From assembly GCA_010093995.1 (NCBI GenBank), contig ML992502.1:570738-632816 (forward strand): DNA of 62,079 bases. Reading direction: 5' to 3'. Numbering within the stretch: the stretch's first letter is position 1; every line of letters starts with the position of its first letter. Positions 48,801 to 60,788 of this stretch are shown here, piece by piece. The notes under the pieces were generated by a model, which was given only the letters and a program-made list of their open reading frames with translations, did no database searches and was not told the origin of the DNA. This DNA comes from Elsinoe ampelina (Eukaryota). A program made the position numbers and the translations under genes.

Positions 48801-49490
48801 GATCCGAGACCTGAGAAACCCAAGCGGAAGAAGTTGGTGCGAAAGGGCGAGGAGATCTCTGAAGAGCAAAGGAAGGAGAGGGCAGATGCGAGGAAAGCTA
48901 GAGAGAAGGAGAAGGATGCAAAGGTGAAGAGCACCTTGTTCGTCACAGAGAGTGATGATGAGGAGGACGAAGAGAGAGACGCCGAGTTCTTCAGAAAGGA
49001 AAAGGAGAGACGAGGCAAGAGTTCGGATGCTGTGAAAGCAGCGCTTATGGACGGCCGGACTGGACATGGCGAAGAACGTGCCAGCAAGAAGAGGAAGGGT
49101 GACGTCCCTGCCAGGTCAACTAAAAAGAGGAAGACTGGTACCTTTGAAGAGGATAGCGACATTGAGATGGTGGAGACGCAAAACGAGCCCATGGTCATCA
49201 GTAGTAGAGAGAGCACGCCGGCGAGCGATAGCGATGATCTAGAGAGCGAGATAGGAGATCTCTTGGACGATGGCGAGACACCCCTGTCTTCGCAGACGGG
49301 CCACCGGGATGCTGGTTCCGAGAAGGGAGACGAATCAACATCGAAGCTGAGAGAAATTCTACAGCCGCGATCTGGAAACGAGCAGAAGCAGAGCTCAGAC
49401 GATATTGAGGAAGACGAAGACGATTTTGTGCTGGTCAAGAGCTCAAGACGGTCACGACCGGTGTTTGTGGTGGATGATGATTCGGATTAG
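45844..49490 (+). CDS. TOF1: Replication fork protection complex subunit Tof1/Swi1 (TIMELESS family)
   Basis: IYSLVSA..YVLGDDALACLKDLRRWLKLYD, ELLTELTWP, TRHNRFGT, RLFYEE, HRFFYRVAFK; intron 45916-45965. Confidence 0.93.
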
Positions 49491-49725
49491 ATAGATCTCA
49501 CATAGCGCGGCGTTATAGGATGGATGCTTCGATGTACTGCTGTATGAGCCAATCTGTTTGCGAAGGTGCTAATCTGGTGAAATGTGTATTTTTGAAATAG
49601 AGAAGCGTGCCTGCCTGGTCTCATGTGACAGGATGTTTGTTGCCCCCCAAGCTCGTGAATCTTCACATGCTTCAGTCAACTTCCAGCAGCACCACGAACA
49701 ATAAAATGCACAGCTACATTGCAAC

Positions 49726-51339
49726 ATGTCTTTCATACCGCAGCCTCTTCGACTGTCTAGATCCAAACAAGACCCGTCATTGTCAGCTGCCCCGTCTCGA
49801 TACCCATCAACTAGCACCACAGCCGACGCCCCTAGGTGCTCGCCACCTTCACAAGCATCATCGCGCGGGCAGCCATCGACAGTAAGGCGGACATCGCTGT
49901 CTGCCTTCGGTCATTTACATACTATCATAAGAAGAAGTTCTTCGACCAATACTGTGATTCACGAGGAGGGCGCAGGTGATGGTATAGCCTTTGGGGACAG
50001 AATTGTAAAGGAAGACGCAACCCAGAGCCGACAAATGAGTCCACTCACAAAGAGCACATCTCCAGATAAGACCAAGGCTGCCAGGCGTGGATCATGGATA
50101 CCGCTACCGGAGCAGACGACTCGTGCTCTTCCAAGAAGCATGACCTTGGGCAACCTCGGGAGCATTTCTCAAAGCCCTCGCGACCGCAAGGAAGAGCGTC
50201 GGCCTGACGAATCACGACGACAAGGTCGATTTCTTCCCGATGCAATCGCGGGAGCCGAGAGACCAAGTTTCAGATCTCGCATACCTTCAGCACCAAAGGG
50301 GATCCTGAGGAGCAGCTACACGCGACCACTTCCTCGCTCCGATACAGAACCGCTGCTACCACCTCTTGGAGGTGCTACATCGGGACCCACGCCCGGAAAA
50401 GACAACGTACTACCACGTTCGCTCACGCATTCGAAACTCACCATTTTTCGTGAACGCACCAATGAAAAGCCACTTCCACCGTGTCCAGGTCGACGGAGCA
50501 TCTCCACGACTAGAAGTCCGACTGATGACAAGCTGCGACTCAAGCATGCAGTGATAAAGGAAAACAAGACTCACAGCGACCCACCAAGAGCAAGGCTGAT
50601 AGACATTCCGCGTCGAGTTTTGCCTCGTTTCAACACACAGCCCAATCTTGCCGTCAACACTCCAGCGACACCACTTTTCCGGGCAAAGTCTCGTGCGGTG
50701 GAGATCAAGCACCACGCTCTACTTTCTCCTAAACCGCCTCCGAGTCCTGTGCAGCGTACTCCACTGTCATCGGTCACCAACGTCCAGCGTTCAGCTTCGC
50801 GACTGAGACTGTCACGTGACAAGGAGAGTCCTGTCACGCCTATTCCCAGGTCGACAACTCCAGCCGAAGCTCCATCGCCAGAGACCTTCAATCCGGCGGC
50901 AATCATCAATGCTCAACCAATACCATACTGGGTTGGGCGCTTCCTCTCACAGCTCGACCGCTGGAGAACCGCCGATTTTAACAGGCGCAGCACAGCTTCG
51001 TCTTGCTCGCTTCCAAACTCCACGTTTGGTGCCGGCCAAGAGATGGAGCAGAGAGAGCAGTATCGCCATATTTTGTGCTCATTATACGCGGACTGTGAGA
51101 GCGAGGACGCCAAGGGGAGTCTGCAGCTCTTCTATTCCTATCTGAGGGCTTTGCATGTCAAGACGGCAGTCGGCGAAGAGGTAGGCGTGGCAGAGGGAGT
51201 GTCATGGGGCGAAATCTGTAACGAAGGGGAGCTGGTCAGAAGGAGAAATCAGAGGGGAGATAACACTCCCGACAGCTTGGGAAAGATGAGGAGGGGGACA
51301 TTCATGGAGAGGTTACTGGGAAGGAGGGCAAGGATGTGA
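49726..51339 (+). CDS. Hypothetical protein (basic, disordered N-terminus; folded-looking C-terminal YWVGRF..LDRWR domain)
   Basis: Intronless 537-aa ORF; no family recognised. Confidence 0.7.
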   Translation: MSFIPQPLRLSRSKQDPSLSAAPSRYPSTSTTADAPRCSPPSQASSRGQPSTVRRTSLSAFGHLHTIIRRSSSTNTVIHEEGAGDGIAFGDRIVKEDATQSRQMSPLTKSTSPDKTKAARRGSWIPLPEQTTRALPRSMTLGNLGSISQSPRDRKEERRPDESRRQGRFLPDAIAGAERPSFRSRIPSAPKGILRSSYTRPLPRSDTEPLLPPLGGATSGPTPGKDNVLPRSLTHSKLTIFRERTNEKPLPPCPGRRSISTTRSPTDDKLRLKHAVIKENKTHSDPPRARLIDIPRRVLPRFNTQPNLAVNTPATPLFRAKSRAVEIKHHALLSPKPPPSPVQRTPLSSVTNVQRSASRLRLSRDKESPVTPIPRSTTPAEAPSPETFNPAAIINAQPIPYWVGRFLSQLDRWRTADFNRRSTASSCSLPNSTFGAGQEMEQREQYRHILCSLYADCESEDAKGSLQLFYSYLRALHVKTAVGEEVGVAEGVSWGEICNEGELVRRRNQRGDNTPDSLGKMRRGTFMERLLGRRARM

Positions 51340-51540
51340 TGCATCGGCACTTCATGGCCGCAAACGAAGAATGAGCCAGCATGAAATCGACTGTTCCGAG
51401 ACGAATCAAAAGAGCGCGGTAGATCTGGGAGACAGAGAAAGCACACTTACAAGGACGAGCAACAGCTCCTATACAACTATCATCATAGACTTCATCAGCA
51501 TTGCGTTACATACATCTCCGTCCCTCCTCCCTCAGCCACT

Positions 51541-52074
51541 TCACAACTTCTCCCCCTCCCCATCAGGCTTCACCTTCCCCTCCACCACCTCCAACACAAA
51601 CTTCACCCCCTCCTCGGCAAATCTCAACATATTCTCCACCCGATCCTTACTCCCCGTCTCGACCTCCCTCGTCCAGGTCCCCCCCTCCCCCACCACCGCC
51701 AAAGCCACATACCCGGGCGTCCTATTCCTCGTGTTCCCCCCCGTCGGCCCCGCCGTCCCGCTCTCAGCAAGGACCCAATCAGCCCCTAATTTCCCGCGGA
51801 CATTGCTCGCCAAACCTGACACGACAGAAGGCGTAGGCCCACGGTAGGCGTCGAGATCGGACTGCGTCCACCCGGCGAAGGCGAGTCGGGATTCGAGCGT
51901 GTAGACCGTGAGGCCGCCGCGGTAGATCTTGGAGGCGCCCGGGGTGGAGAGGAGGGAGGAGGAGAGGAGGCCGCCTGTTGCTGTTTCGACGAAGGTTATG
52001 GTTTGGGTGGCGGTGTGGAGGTGGGTTGCGAGGCGGGTGATGTGGGGGAGGAGGGTGGGTGGGGGGAAGGACAT
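51541..52074 (-). CDS. CinA C-terminal / PncC-like domain protein
   Basis: ITFVETATGGLLSSSLLSTPGASKIYRGGLTVY, AESGTAGPTGG, PGYVALAV; likely ATG at 52074. Confidence 0.82.
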   Translation of the reverse strand: MSFPPPTLLPHITRLATHLHTATQTITFVETATGGLLSSSLLSTPGASKIYRGGLTVYTLESRLAFAGWTQSDLDAYRGPTPSVVSGLASNVRGKLGADWVLAESGTAGPTGGNTRNRTPGYVALAVVGEGGTWTREVETGSKDRVENMLRFAEEGVKFVLEVVEGKVKPDGEGEKL

Positions 52075-52649
52075 GGTGGGTGATTTCGGGGCGGGGGGTT
52101 GTGGCGTGGATTGGAAGGATGGAGGTTCAAGGGTGAGGGTGTCGAGTGGTACTGATGAGGGAGGAGTGAGGTCTGTGAATGAAGGGAAAGGAAGGGAGGG
52201 AGAGGAGAGGGATTGTAGATTCGGGTATGTATGGATTGATTGGTAAAATTGGGTAGATTTGGAGAAGCTGAGCTCGAGATTACGGTGCTTCGTATGGTGA
52301 AGAAGGAAATTATCTACGGTTGACCATAGCATGATCTGCTTAGTAAGATCTGCCGTATTGTATCGTTACATCGTCAATTATCAGAACACCTGCTCGCCGT
52401 CTGATCCATTTCCACCTCAAGCGCCACAATGGGCTGTTTCGAGCTGTTCGCTGGTGAGAGTATTGCAGCTGCAAACGATGAGTCTCGCCTCGTCCAAAGC
52501 ACGTTTGATGTCGTTACACGCCTTCATTCGGCCCCGGTAAGGTCCATCAACCGACGCTTGTGCACATGCGCCTTGTGCAGGTATGTACATGTTTCGAGGG
52601 CCCCTTTGTGCTTGTGAGTCTCTCGTCTGTACTGTGTCATTACCCGGTA

Positions 52650-54869
52650 ATGAGCATGGGACTACTGAACTTAGTGGCTCTGCTATGGCAGATTGCTTGT
52701 CTGCTTGGATTCTCACTCGCAGACCCGATCACTTCGAAATCCTCACGATGCAGCAACAACCTACGAGTTGTCAAGCAACTCAAGTCGAGTGTTTCCAGTC
52801 CTGGCCAATTACTGGCTGAGAGATACGAAGCGACAGAGGACCCCTTTCAAAGGGTTCAATGCCGACGCCGTCTTTCAAGCTTGCAGATACGTGCGCGCCA
52901 CCCTTAGCCTCGGCAGGAATCCTGTAGTCACACGCCTGCCTCTCCCAACTGGTGCTGGACAGTGTTTGGCTACGGATACCGGGGTGGAGCTCGTAAGGGA
53001 CGCAATATCAGACCCTGCTGCGTTCTGCAAATATTGGATGGTTAGGTGAGTGGTCTGAATTCTTGACAATGGGAATAGCAATTGACTTCTGGCAGGAAGG
53101 ATAGATCATCCAGTCCTTTCAATGGGATCGCTCCAACGAAAATCTCTAGTGTTTGCGCCTGCGCGGTCAAGACGCCGGCGGTATTCAGTATTTCAGCGGA
53201 TCCTGTCACCAGCTCAAGCTCCCGCACTGCAATCACCTCTTCTGCTACCAGCACAACCTCCAAGGCATCTCAACTTTCCAGTACTGCTACAGACACATCT
53301 CCTTCTGCCCAGAGTCATACGTCCATGGATCCTCAAGATGCTCCTCCTATCGCTTCAGCATATCCCCCTCTACCCACAGGTGCAGATCCGGAATATGCCA
53401 AGAACTATTCTATGGCGGCGTCATTCGTTGCAGAACCTGCAGTCTCGACAGCGAAGTCGTTGCAGCTCCCGCACGGACGGCCGTACTTACGGCTATCTTG
53501 CCCCCAACAATCGATCCTTTCGACCCGGATCTCCTCATACCATCCGTGAATCAATCGCTCTACTTTTCGGACCCTCAAAACACTGGAGGCACCATCAAAG
53601 TCAGTCCACGCTTCGACCACCCTGCTGTTCTCGTGGACCAGACCAGTCTCATAACAAGCGTGAAATGTGTCGGTGATGGAGTGGACATTGCATTGATGGA
53701 TGACGTGGCTATGCAAACAGCCCTGGATGCATGGTCGAGCGTGCTGCCGATGCTGCTGGTAGGGTCGCTTGAAGATTGTCCGGATAGCTCCAGCACCGCC
53801 CCGGTCTCACCGTCGGATGGAGAATCCGATAAGACGATCAAGGTCGCACTTCTGAGCTCGATTCCTCGCAAACCTCTTGCGAGATCTGATGGGCCAGATC
53901 TGATCGCCAAACCAGCTGCGGGTAGTGCGTTCTCGGCCCCAGCCAGGATCGACAAGTTTCAGACAGTATTCAGCAAAACGTCCCTAGCAAGCAGCGCGGA
54001 CGCTTTGAATGTAAATTTTGATGCCAATATCGGCGACCTACTTCCGGCAGCAAAGATCGAAGTCTATGGTCACAAGCATAAGCGGTCTCACAACTAGCAC
54101 GGCCACTAGCAGTATGTCATCTACCCGTATCGTGGTTACGAGCGCGAGTATCGTGCAAGCTGTCTCCCCAACGGCATCAGTCGCCAACTCTCCAGTCACT
54201 GTCACTATCACTTCAATGAACACGACGACCATCACATCGGCCTTTATCTCTACAGCTACGATCACGAGTACTTCAACGGCCACTTTGATTAGTACAGCCA
54301 CAAGTATTGCAACCGCGACGATCACCAACGTATCACCAACCACCGTGACCACAACGGCAAGATCAACCTCCATCTCCATCTCCACCTCCTTCCTCCCAAC
54401 CGCGATCTCCATCACCGTAGCCTCCGGCGCCAGCATAGCCCCAGTGACAACCACAGTCACCAGCGTCTCCACAACCACCACAACAGCCACAACCACGTCC
54501 ACCGCAATCTCGACAACCACAACCACAATCGCAACTACAACCACAACAACCCGCCCCACAACCCAAATCGCGACCATCTCCTGCGTACCCTCCCCCAACA
54601 TGAAAACCTCCAACGGCCAGCTCTGGAAGATCTCCACTACAGACGACTGGTCTCTATGCGTCGGCTCCGCCGCCTCCGCGGCCGCAACACTGGACGAGTG
54701 CGTCGTCCGCTGCGCGACCTACGGCACCGACTGCAAAGGTATCGTGTGGGTCGCTCAGGGACAGGCGCAGCAGTACTGCTACCTCGTGGCGAATGCCGCG
54801 ACGTCGAGGCCGCTTGGGCAGGGGTTGACGGCGTACAGCGCGATTAGGTCCGGGGGGGTGGCGTGTTGA
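52650..54869 (+). pseudogene. Apparently frameshifted gene for a secreted Cys-repeat / Thr-rich / PAN-apple-like protein
   Basis: Signal peptide MGLLNLVALLWQIACLLGFSLA; protein-like sequence jumps frame near 52803, 53452 and about 54070 with no canonical intron signals; one real intron 53046-53095; C-terminal TLDECVVRC..CKGIVW..CYL. Confidence 0.6.
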
Positions 54870-55277
54870 TCTTCAAGTGGTAGACGAGGGTGTTTTGCAA
54901 GTGAGTGGTTTGATGAGAGGGCAAGGCAAGAGGGGGGACAGGGGTTGCAGTCGGGATGTTTTGGATGGCACATCGTACATGACCAGATGAAGTCTGTGGT
55001 TGAGACGGCTGGTTGGTGTAAACCATTGCTGGTAGGCCTCAGTGTGATACTACCAGGGTCGAGCCATCTTCTAAGCGCAAGCAAGTCCTCCTTGCGCATC
55101 ATCGCCGATGATATCCCCTCTCTCCATCATAACAGCCACACTCGGCTTACTTAGATTGAGTGCAAGGAAACATGCTGGTCACGAAGTCTACCATGATTTA
55201 CCAGGGATGCAGTGAACAGACGAGCCATCAGTTTGAGGTATAATTGAAGCTGGTAGTACCATCTCTCAAACTCCCAC

Positions 55278-58200
55278 TCACTTCCACCCCACAGCCCCAT
55301 TCCACCAAGCCCCCACCTCATCCTCCCTCTCCTCATCCGCCCCCGTACCCACCACCACTTCCTCCCTCCTCTCCCTCCCCGCCAACCTCTTCGCAACCTC
55401 ATTCGCCTCCGCAAGCGAGCACAGCTTCCTCTTCCCCTGCCCCTGCTCCTCCGCCCTCTGCCTGACAACATCCCACACCCTCTTCGCCTGACTCCTCTTG
55501 TCCCCCTTTTCAACGAAACACACCGCCGGCTCCTTGAGTATCCCCGTCTCCCTGCGTCCGTAGTAGTACGTATCCATTCCCGGTATCGCGGGCGGGTTAT
55601 CGAACATTTCACTCAGGAACTCGTCCTCGGCGACTTCGAACGGGGTGCGGCCCGTGGCGTCTTCGCGCCAGAGAAAGTCCGGGTTGGCGTCCAGGAGAAC
55701 GGGGATAAATGCGTCGTGGCCGTGGCGAACGCAGTGGTGCAAGGGAGTTTCGCCGGCGCCGTTGACGGAGGCGAGCTCGGCTCCGCCGGTGAAGGAGAGG
55801 ATGGTGCGGAGGTAGTTGATCATGTGCGGCTCGACGTCTGATCGGGTCTTGCTGGAGGGGCTGGCGTAGTGAGGGAAGTTGGAGCGGGCGCTTCCGAGCC
55901 ATGCTGCGAAGGGAGTGAGGGAGCCTGGGTTGTGGGAGGAGCGTTCGATGGCGAGTGAGGAGATGAGGCGAGGGTCGATGAGGGAGAGAGTCTTGCGCAA
56001 TTCGTCGGAGTCTTCGGGATCTTGGCCGTTGAAGTATTCGACTGCGAGGTGGAGGATGTTCCGTCCTCGCGCATCTCGCGCGGTTTGGTCTGCATTTGCT
56101 TTGATGAGAATTTCGATCACGTCTCTACGGTTAAGAGAGAAAGCAACAAGTAGGGGAGTGAAACCGTCTCTACTTCTCGCTTCCAGCTGTTCTGGTAGTT
56201 TATTGATCAGGTAAGAGAGCAACTTGAGCGAGTCTGGGGTACGCTTTCCCATAATGACACAGTGCAGAGCTAGGTGCGAGCGAGCCGACAGCCACCCTCC
56301 AAGGGCAGCCTGTAGTCCGCCTTGAGCCTCAGCCAGAGTCTGGAGGCGTTTGTCATGGCTGTGTTTCTCTGCAAATTCCTGGTAGTTTCGAGTCGCCGTG
56401 TCTGACAGAAAGTACTCTACTAAATCGAGCGATCCAAGCCGACAGGCTTCCAGCAGAGGAGGATGGCTATTGTCGATCGGCTTGTAGGTAGTAACACCTC
56501 CCGCTTGCGCAGCCCAGTCAGCTCGCTTCTTACCATAGACAGACAGACCCTGGTAGTGTTTCGGCTTCTCCTGGACCTCGACGCCGGATTTCTCGACCAA
56601 TGCGTCAAGAGGAATGCCTGCTCCGGTTCGTTGCACTACCAGACCAGTAAGGGTTGTACGATTAAGCTGGATGGCTCGCAGGAAGTCCGTTTGTGGAAAG
56701 ACAAACAGTGACGAAGATTCATCGTTGATCTTGGCTGTGATCTTTGTGTACTTCTCTGCCAAGTCAAGAAGCCAAGTGAGAAGTGGCTGGTCATTGTTGT
56801 GAATCGCTAGTTGAAAGAGGTTACCAGGCTTACCGTTCGGGTACTTCTCCTCGTCATCGACGTCTTCGATTGGTCTGTCGCCCAGCCCAAGAGAAGATAG
56901 GGCGTCACGGACGGTTGCCAGTGCCACATTGGGTGAGCTGCCAGTCAGATCGAGCTCAGAGTAGTCCTGCGCAGGGCAAGGCCATTGCATCATCGTTGTT
57001 GGGCTGACTTTACTCTTGACCTGTGACTGCACAGCGCCAATATCGTCAATAGTGAACGAGACGTTCACTAGGCGGGAATGGATCCTGACCTCATCGGGAT
57101 CCTCGTCCTCGTCTTCCGAGTGGTAGTACTCGTCCGAGTCTTCGCGATTGAGCGTGTATTTCGTTCTGGTAGTGTTTTCTCCGTCTTTGGTGTATTGAGC
57201 CTGGGCAATTTCCAGGATAGTCTCTGCAAGCTTGAAATGACCTCGCAAGACGGCGATGGAGAATGGCGAGAAGCTGAGCCCATCGGTCACTGCAATCTGC
57301 AGGGGCGATTGATCCTCGTCAAATACTACCAGAGTAAGATTCCTGGTAGTAACTTCGTCGTTTTCCCAGCAAGCCTGGAAGAGGCGGTCATAGGCCTTCT
57401 TGCGGGCGTCTGTGAGTCCTCGAATGGAGTACGATGTATTGGGCTCGAAAGGTTTGAGGGGTGGCGGGGTGTACTTATAAGGCTTGTAGTCATCGGTAGC
57501 CTCGACATCTGGATATAGAGCTTTCAACGTCTTACCACCCATGTTCACAACCTTTTGCCGAAGTGATTGGAACTCCTTGACGAGCTTATCGATAGCTTGT
57601 TGCTTTTCAACGACGCCCTTCCTCTGTTCACGGTCGTTCATGGTATCCTGGTAGGTCTTCATGCGTTGCTTGTGACTCTTCCTTTCTTGCTTGACTTCAA
57701 TCAGAGTGCGCCAGTACTGGTAAGTACCATGTGTCATGCCAGAGGTGTAAGAACTGTCCGATTTAAGAGGTAGAGGTTTCTGAGGTTCATCCTCGTCGTC
57801 CTTCCACTCTTGTAGCTTCTCGATCTTCTTATCCACTCGGTCGAGCAAGGTACCAACTGGCTCGTAGACGTAGTGAGAATTCTCAAGCACCTTTTCCCAG
57901 GCTCCTGGGGTCAAAGTATTGACATCTGCCCCGGCATCAAGCAAAGTCACGGCCAGACTAGGCAGCTCCCTTTCCACAGCCAGAATGATGGGCTGAGTGA
58001 CAGTCTTTTTAAACTTCTTGTTCTCATCAGTATCAGACCAGTCCTTTGACTTCATTGTCTCGATGAACGCATCGGCGCTGATGTTGGGCTCAAGTCCGGC
58101 ATCCAGAATAATCTTTGCGCATTCAGGCTGATTTCCCTCGATAGTACTTTGCAACGGGCCCTGCACGCTTGGTCTCCAGTCCGAGCCCTTGATAGCGAGA

Positions 58201-60788
58201 TGCCTGAGAGCTCGCTTACTACCAGATGCATCTGTTCGCAGAATGGTTCGCAGGATACCCTCGTCCATCGCAGCAGCTTGATGAAAAGCGGTCACCTGAT
58301 CCATGTCGGCCTGAGCGACCGACGCACCCAGCTCGATGAGTAGCTCGACCATCTTTTCAGCATGGGCTGGATCGAGGCACATGGCGAGAACGATCGGCAG
58401 TATAGCAGCCCGAGCGCTTTTGTCATAGCTGTTGTAGAGCTTCACTGGCAGTAATAGATCGGCACCGTGTTCCTGAACCAGCAATTTGACAGTGTGGAAG
58501 TGGCCATTCGCAATCGCCAAATGTAGCGCAGACACCGGTACATCCCAGGAAGTGACATTGACATCGTAGACGTCCGGCTCCTCTGTGTCGTCATCTTCAG
58601 GCACATTCGTTTGGTCCGCAGCTGTTGGCTTCTGGCGGACACGAACGTAAGATCCGTCGGAAGTCGCTCCAACGTCGTCAGAATCGTCTTCATCATAGTC
58701 CTCCTCGTCATCATCCTCAAAGGCTTCGTCATCTTCGTCATCCCCCTCCTCCGACACGGCATCTTTGGCTGCCTGGGTTGATACAGCTGGCTCATCCGTC
58801 GCTCCGGCCTCTGGTAGGTCCCCAGCTGTTTCTGGTAATTCTACCGCAGCCTCTGCTAGGTCTTTCGCCGGCGTGGAAATGCTAGCCTTCCTCTGAGCAT
58901 CCTTCTTCTCCTCTTCCTCTTCTTCATTTTGCTCAGACCTTCGCAAGATCATGCCAACCATTTCAGTTTTTCCAAGCATGGCAGCAAGATGAAGTGCAGT
59001 CTTGCCATCCGCCATACGAGCGACCATTCGTGCATCAGCATCGATCAATGCTTGCACAATCTCGTTCGAAGAACTTGATACTGCAAGCTGAAGTGGGGTC
59101 CTACCGGTATGATCTCTGCGGTTCGGATCAGAGTCCTCGAGCTTCAACCAGTTTTGAACGTGCTCGAGATCATGATCCACAATGGCCTGGCAGAGCTGCT
59201 CGGTGTTGCCGATGTGTGCCATCTCAGTCCAGTCTTGATCTGTGATTGGATTGAAGGAGCCGATTGCCTGCCGACCGGGATCATCTTTCATGAAGCTGAT
59301 GGGGCCAGATACATAGTTCTTGCTCTCCTCTGCCAGTATCTCTTCGTCTTCAGATGTCAAAGGTTCCGGGCAGTAGCCGCAGCAGTCGGTTATGACATCC
59401 TCAACATTGCCGAAAAATGCAGGGTGACGATGAAGGTTGGTCTCTCGATCTTTGGGCTTATTCCACTCCGAGTTTAGCAGTAGGTCTTTGGCATAAAGGA
59501 GCTTCTCAATCTTCTTTGCGCCAAATCGCGGACCGTACGGGATAGTGAAGGTATGGTAATCACTTTCCTGTTCCTCGTCGACCCATTCAGGGACTTCATC
59601 TTCATGCTGTTCTTTGACGTTGCCACGCATGCTGTAATCCCATCCTCGATTGATTGATGGACGGCCTCTCTCGCGACGCCTTTGATCCTGGTACGCATCC
59701 CGCTCGCCTTTCGACGGTAGTTTCTCTAGCACAAGAAGCCTGGCCAAGCCGATAGTTCTACCAAAGTTGCGTTCGAAGATGGTTGGATCGACTCTGTCTC
59801 GCTCCAGATTGGGCCAGAATACTTCAAAGCCCCTCTTTGAGTATTTTGACAGGCGGTTCTCGTACGATGGGGATCGTCGTGTGAGATCAATCGTGTTGAC
59901 CTGCGTCATGTATGCTCCGACGGCACGAGGACTAGCGTAGACATCCTTTCCATCGTACGCAGCACATGAGCAGTCAACATCAAAGCCAGTGAGAATCTCC
60001 GAGATAGACTTGTAGATGCGCAACACAATCTGAACGTGACGAGTAGGATGCTGGCTAGCGATAGTGATGGCGTTCTTCGTGCGTATGGTAGTTGTCTCGG
60101 TCAAGATTGAGTCTTTGACGCATTTCTCAATCTGCTTGATCTTCTCGACCGCCTGCTCCTCGGTAAGATCGTAGAGGAAGAGGTCGACATCCGAGGCCGG
60201 AGCCACGATCTCGTGGTAGTACTCGCGCATGGATCGCTTCGAGTCCGTGTACTTCTCCGGGACAGGAAGCAAACAAGTCACGACGGCACTGCCTGCGCAG
60301 ACGACGTTTGACCAGTCCATCTCCGATAAAGAGCTTTCTGAGAAGACGCTGAAGTTTTTGCGGAATTGCTGAAGAGTGGGTACGACAGCTGGAGATCCAT
60401 TGGACTTTCTGTCAGATTCCTCGAGTGGCAAAATATACTGTTCCTTTGTCGAATCTGTTTCTGTTGATGTATCACGGGCTTTGACACGGATCTTGTCTGC
60501 TTCGCCTGGCTTGCTAATTACGGTCAATGGACTTTATCGTGTTCAGTCAGATCCAACTTGCCTGAACAGAGACACCACGCTTGGTCTTGTTATTGCCTCG
60601 TGGTTGGGCTGCTGTGCAAAGACCTTTCGCATAGCATTGTCGTAGTCTTTGTAGGGTTGCAAGAGCTGCAGTACTGGAGTATCGCCATCGCTGTTAAGGT
60701 ACGTGATGAAAGCGCTGTGGTCAGCAGGAAGATCTGGTAGCGCAATGTACTCGGCGTCTGTTGCTGCGGGCAATGTTGTTGCGGCCAT
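55278..60788 (-). CDS. About 1820-aa protein: N-terminal nucleotidyltransferase-like domain plus many ankyrin repeats
   Basis: VCAGSAV..SDVDLFLY..VQIVLR..FDVD motif set; ankyrin repeats GRTPLQLA, GKTALHLAA, GFTPLLVA, GETPLHHC, GRTPFEVA. Exon 1 (60788-60562) is joined in frame by GC-AG intron 60561-60514. Confidence 0.85.
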
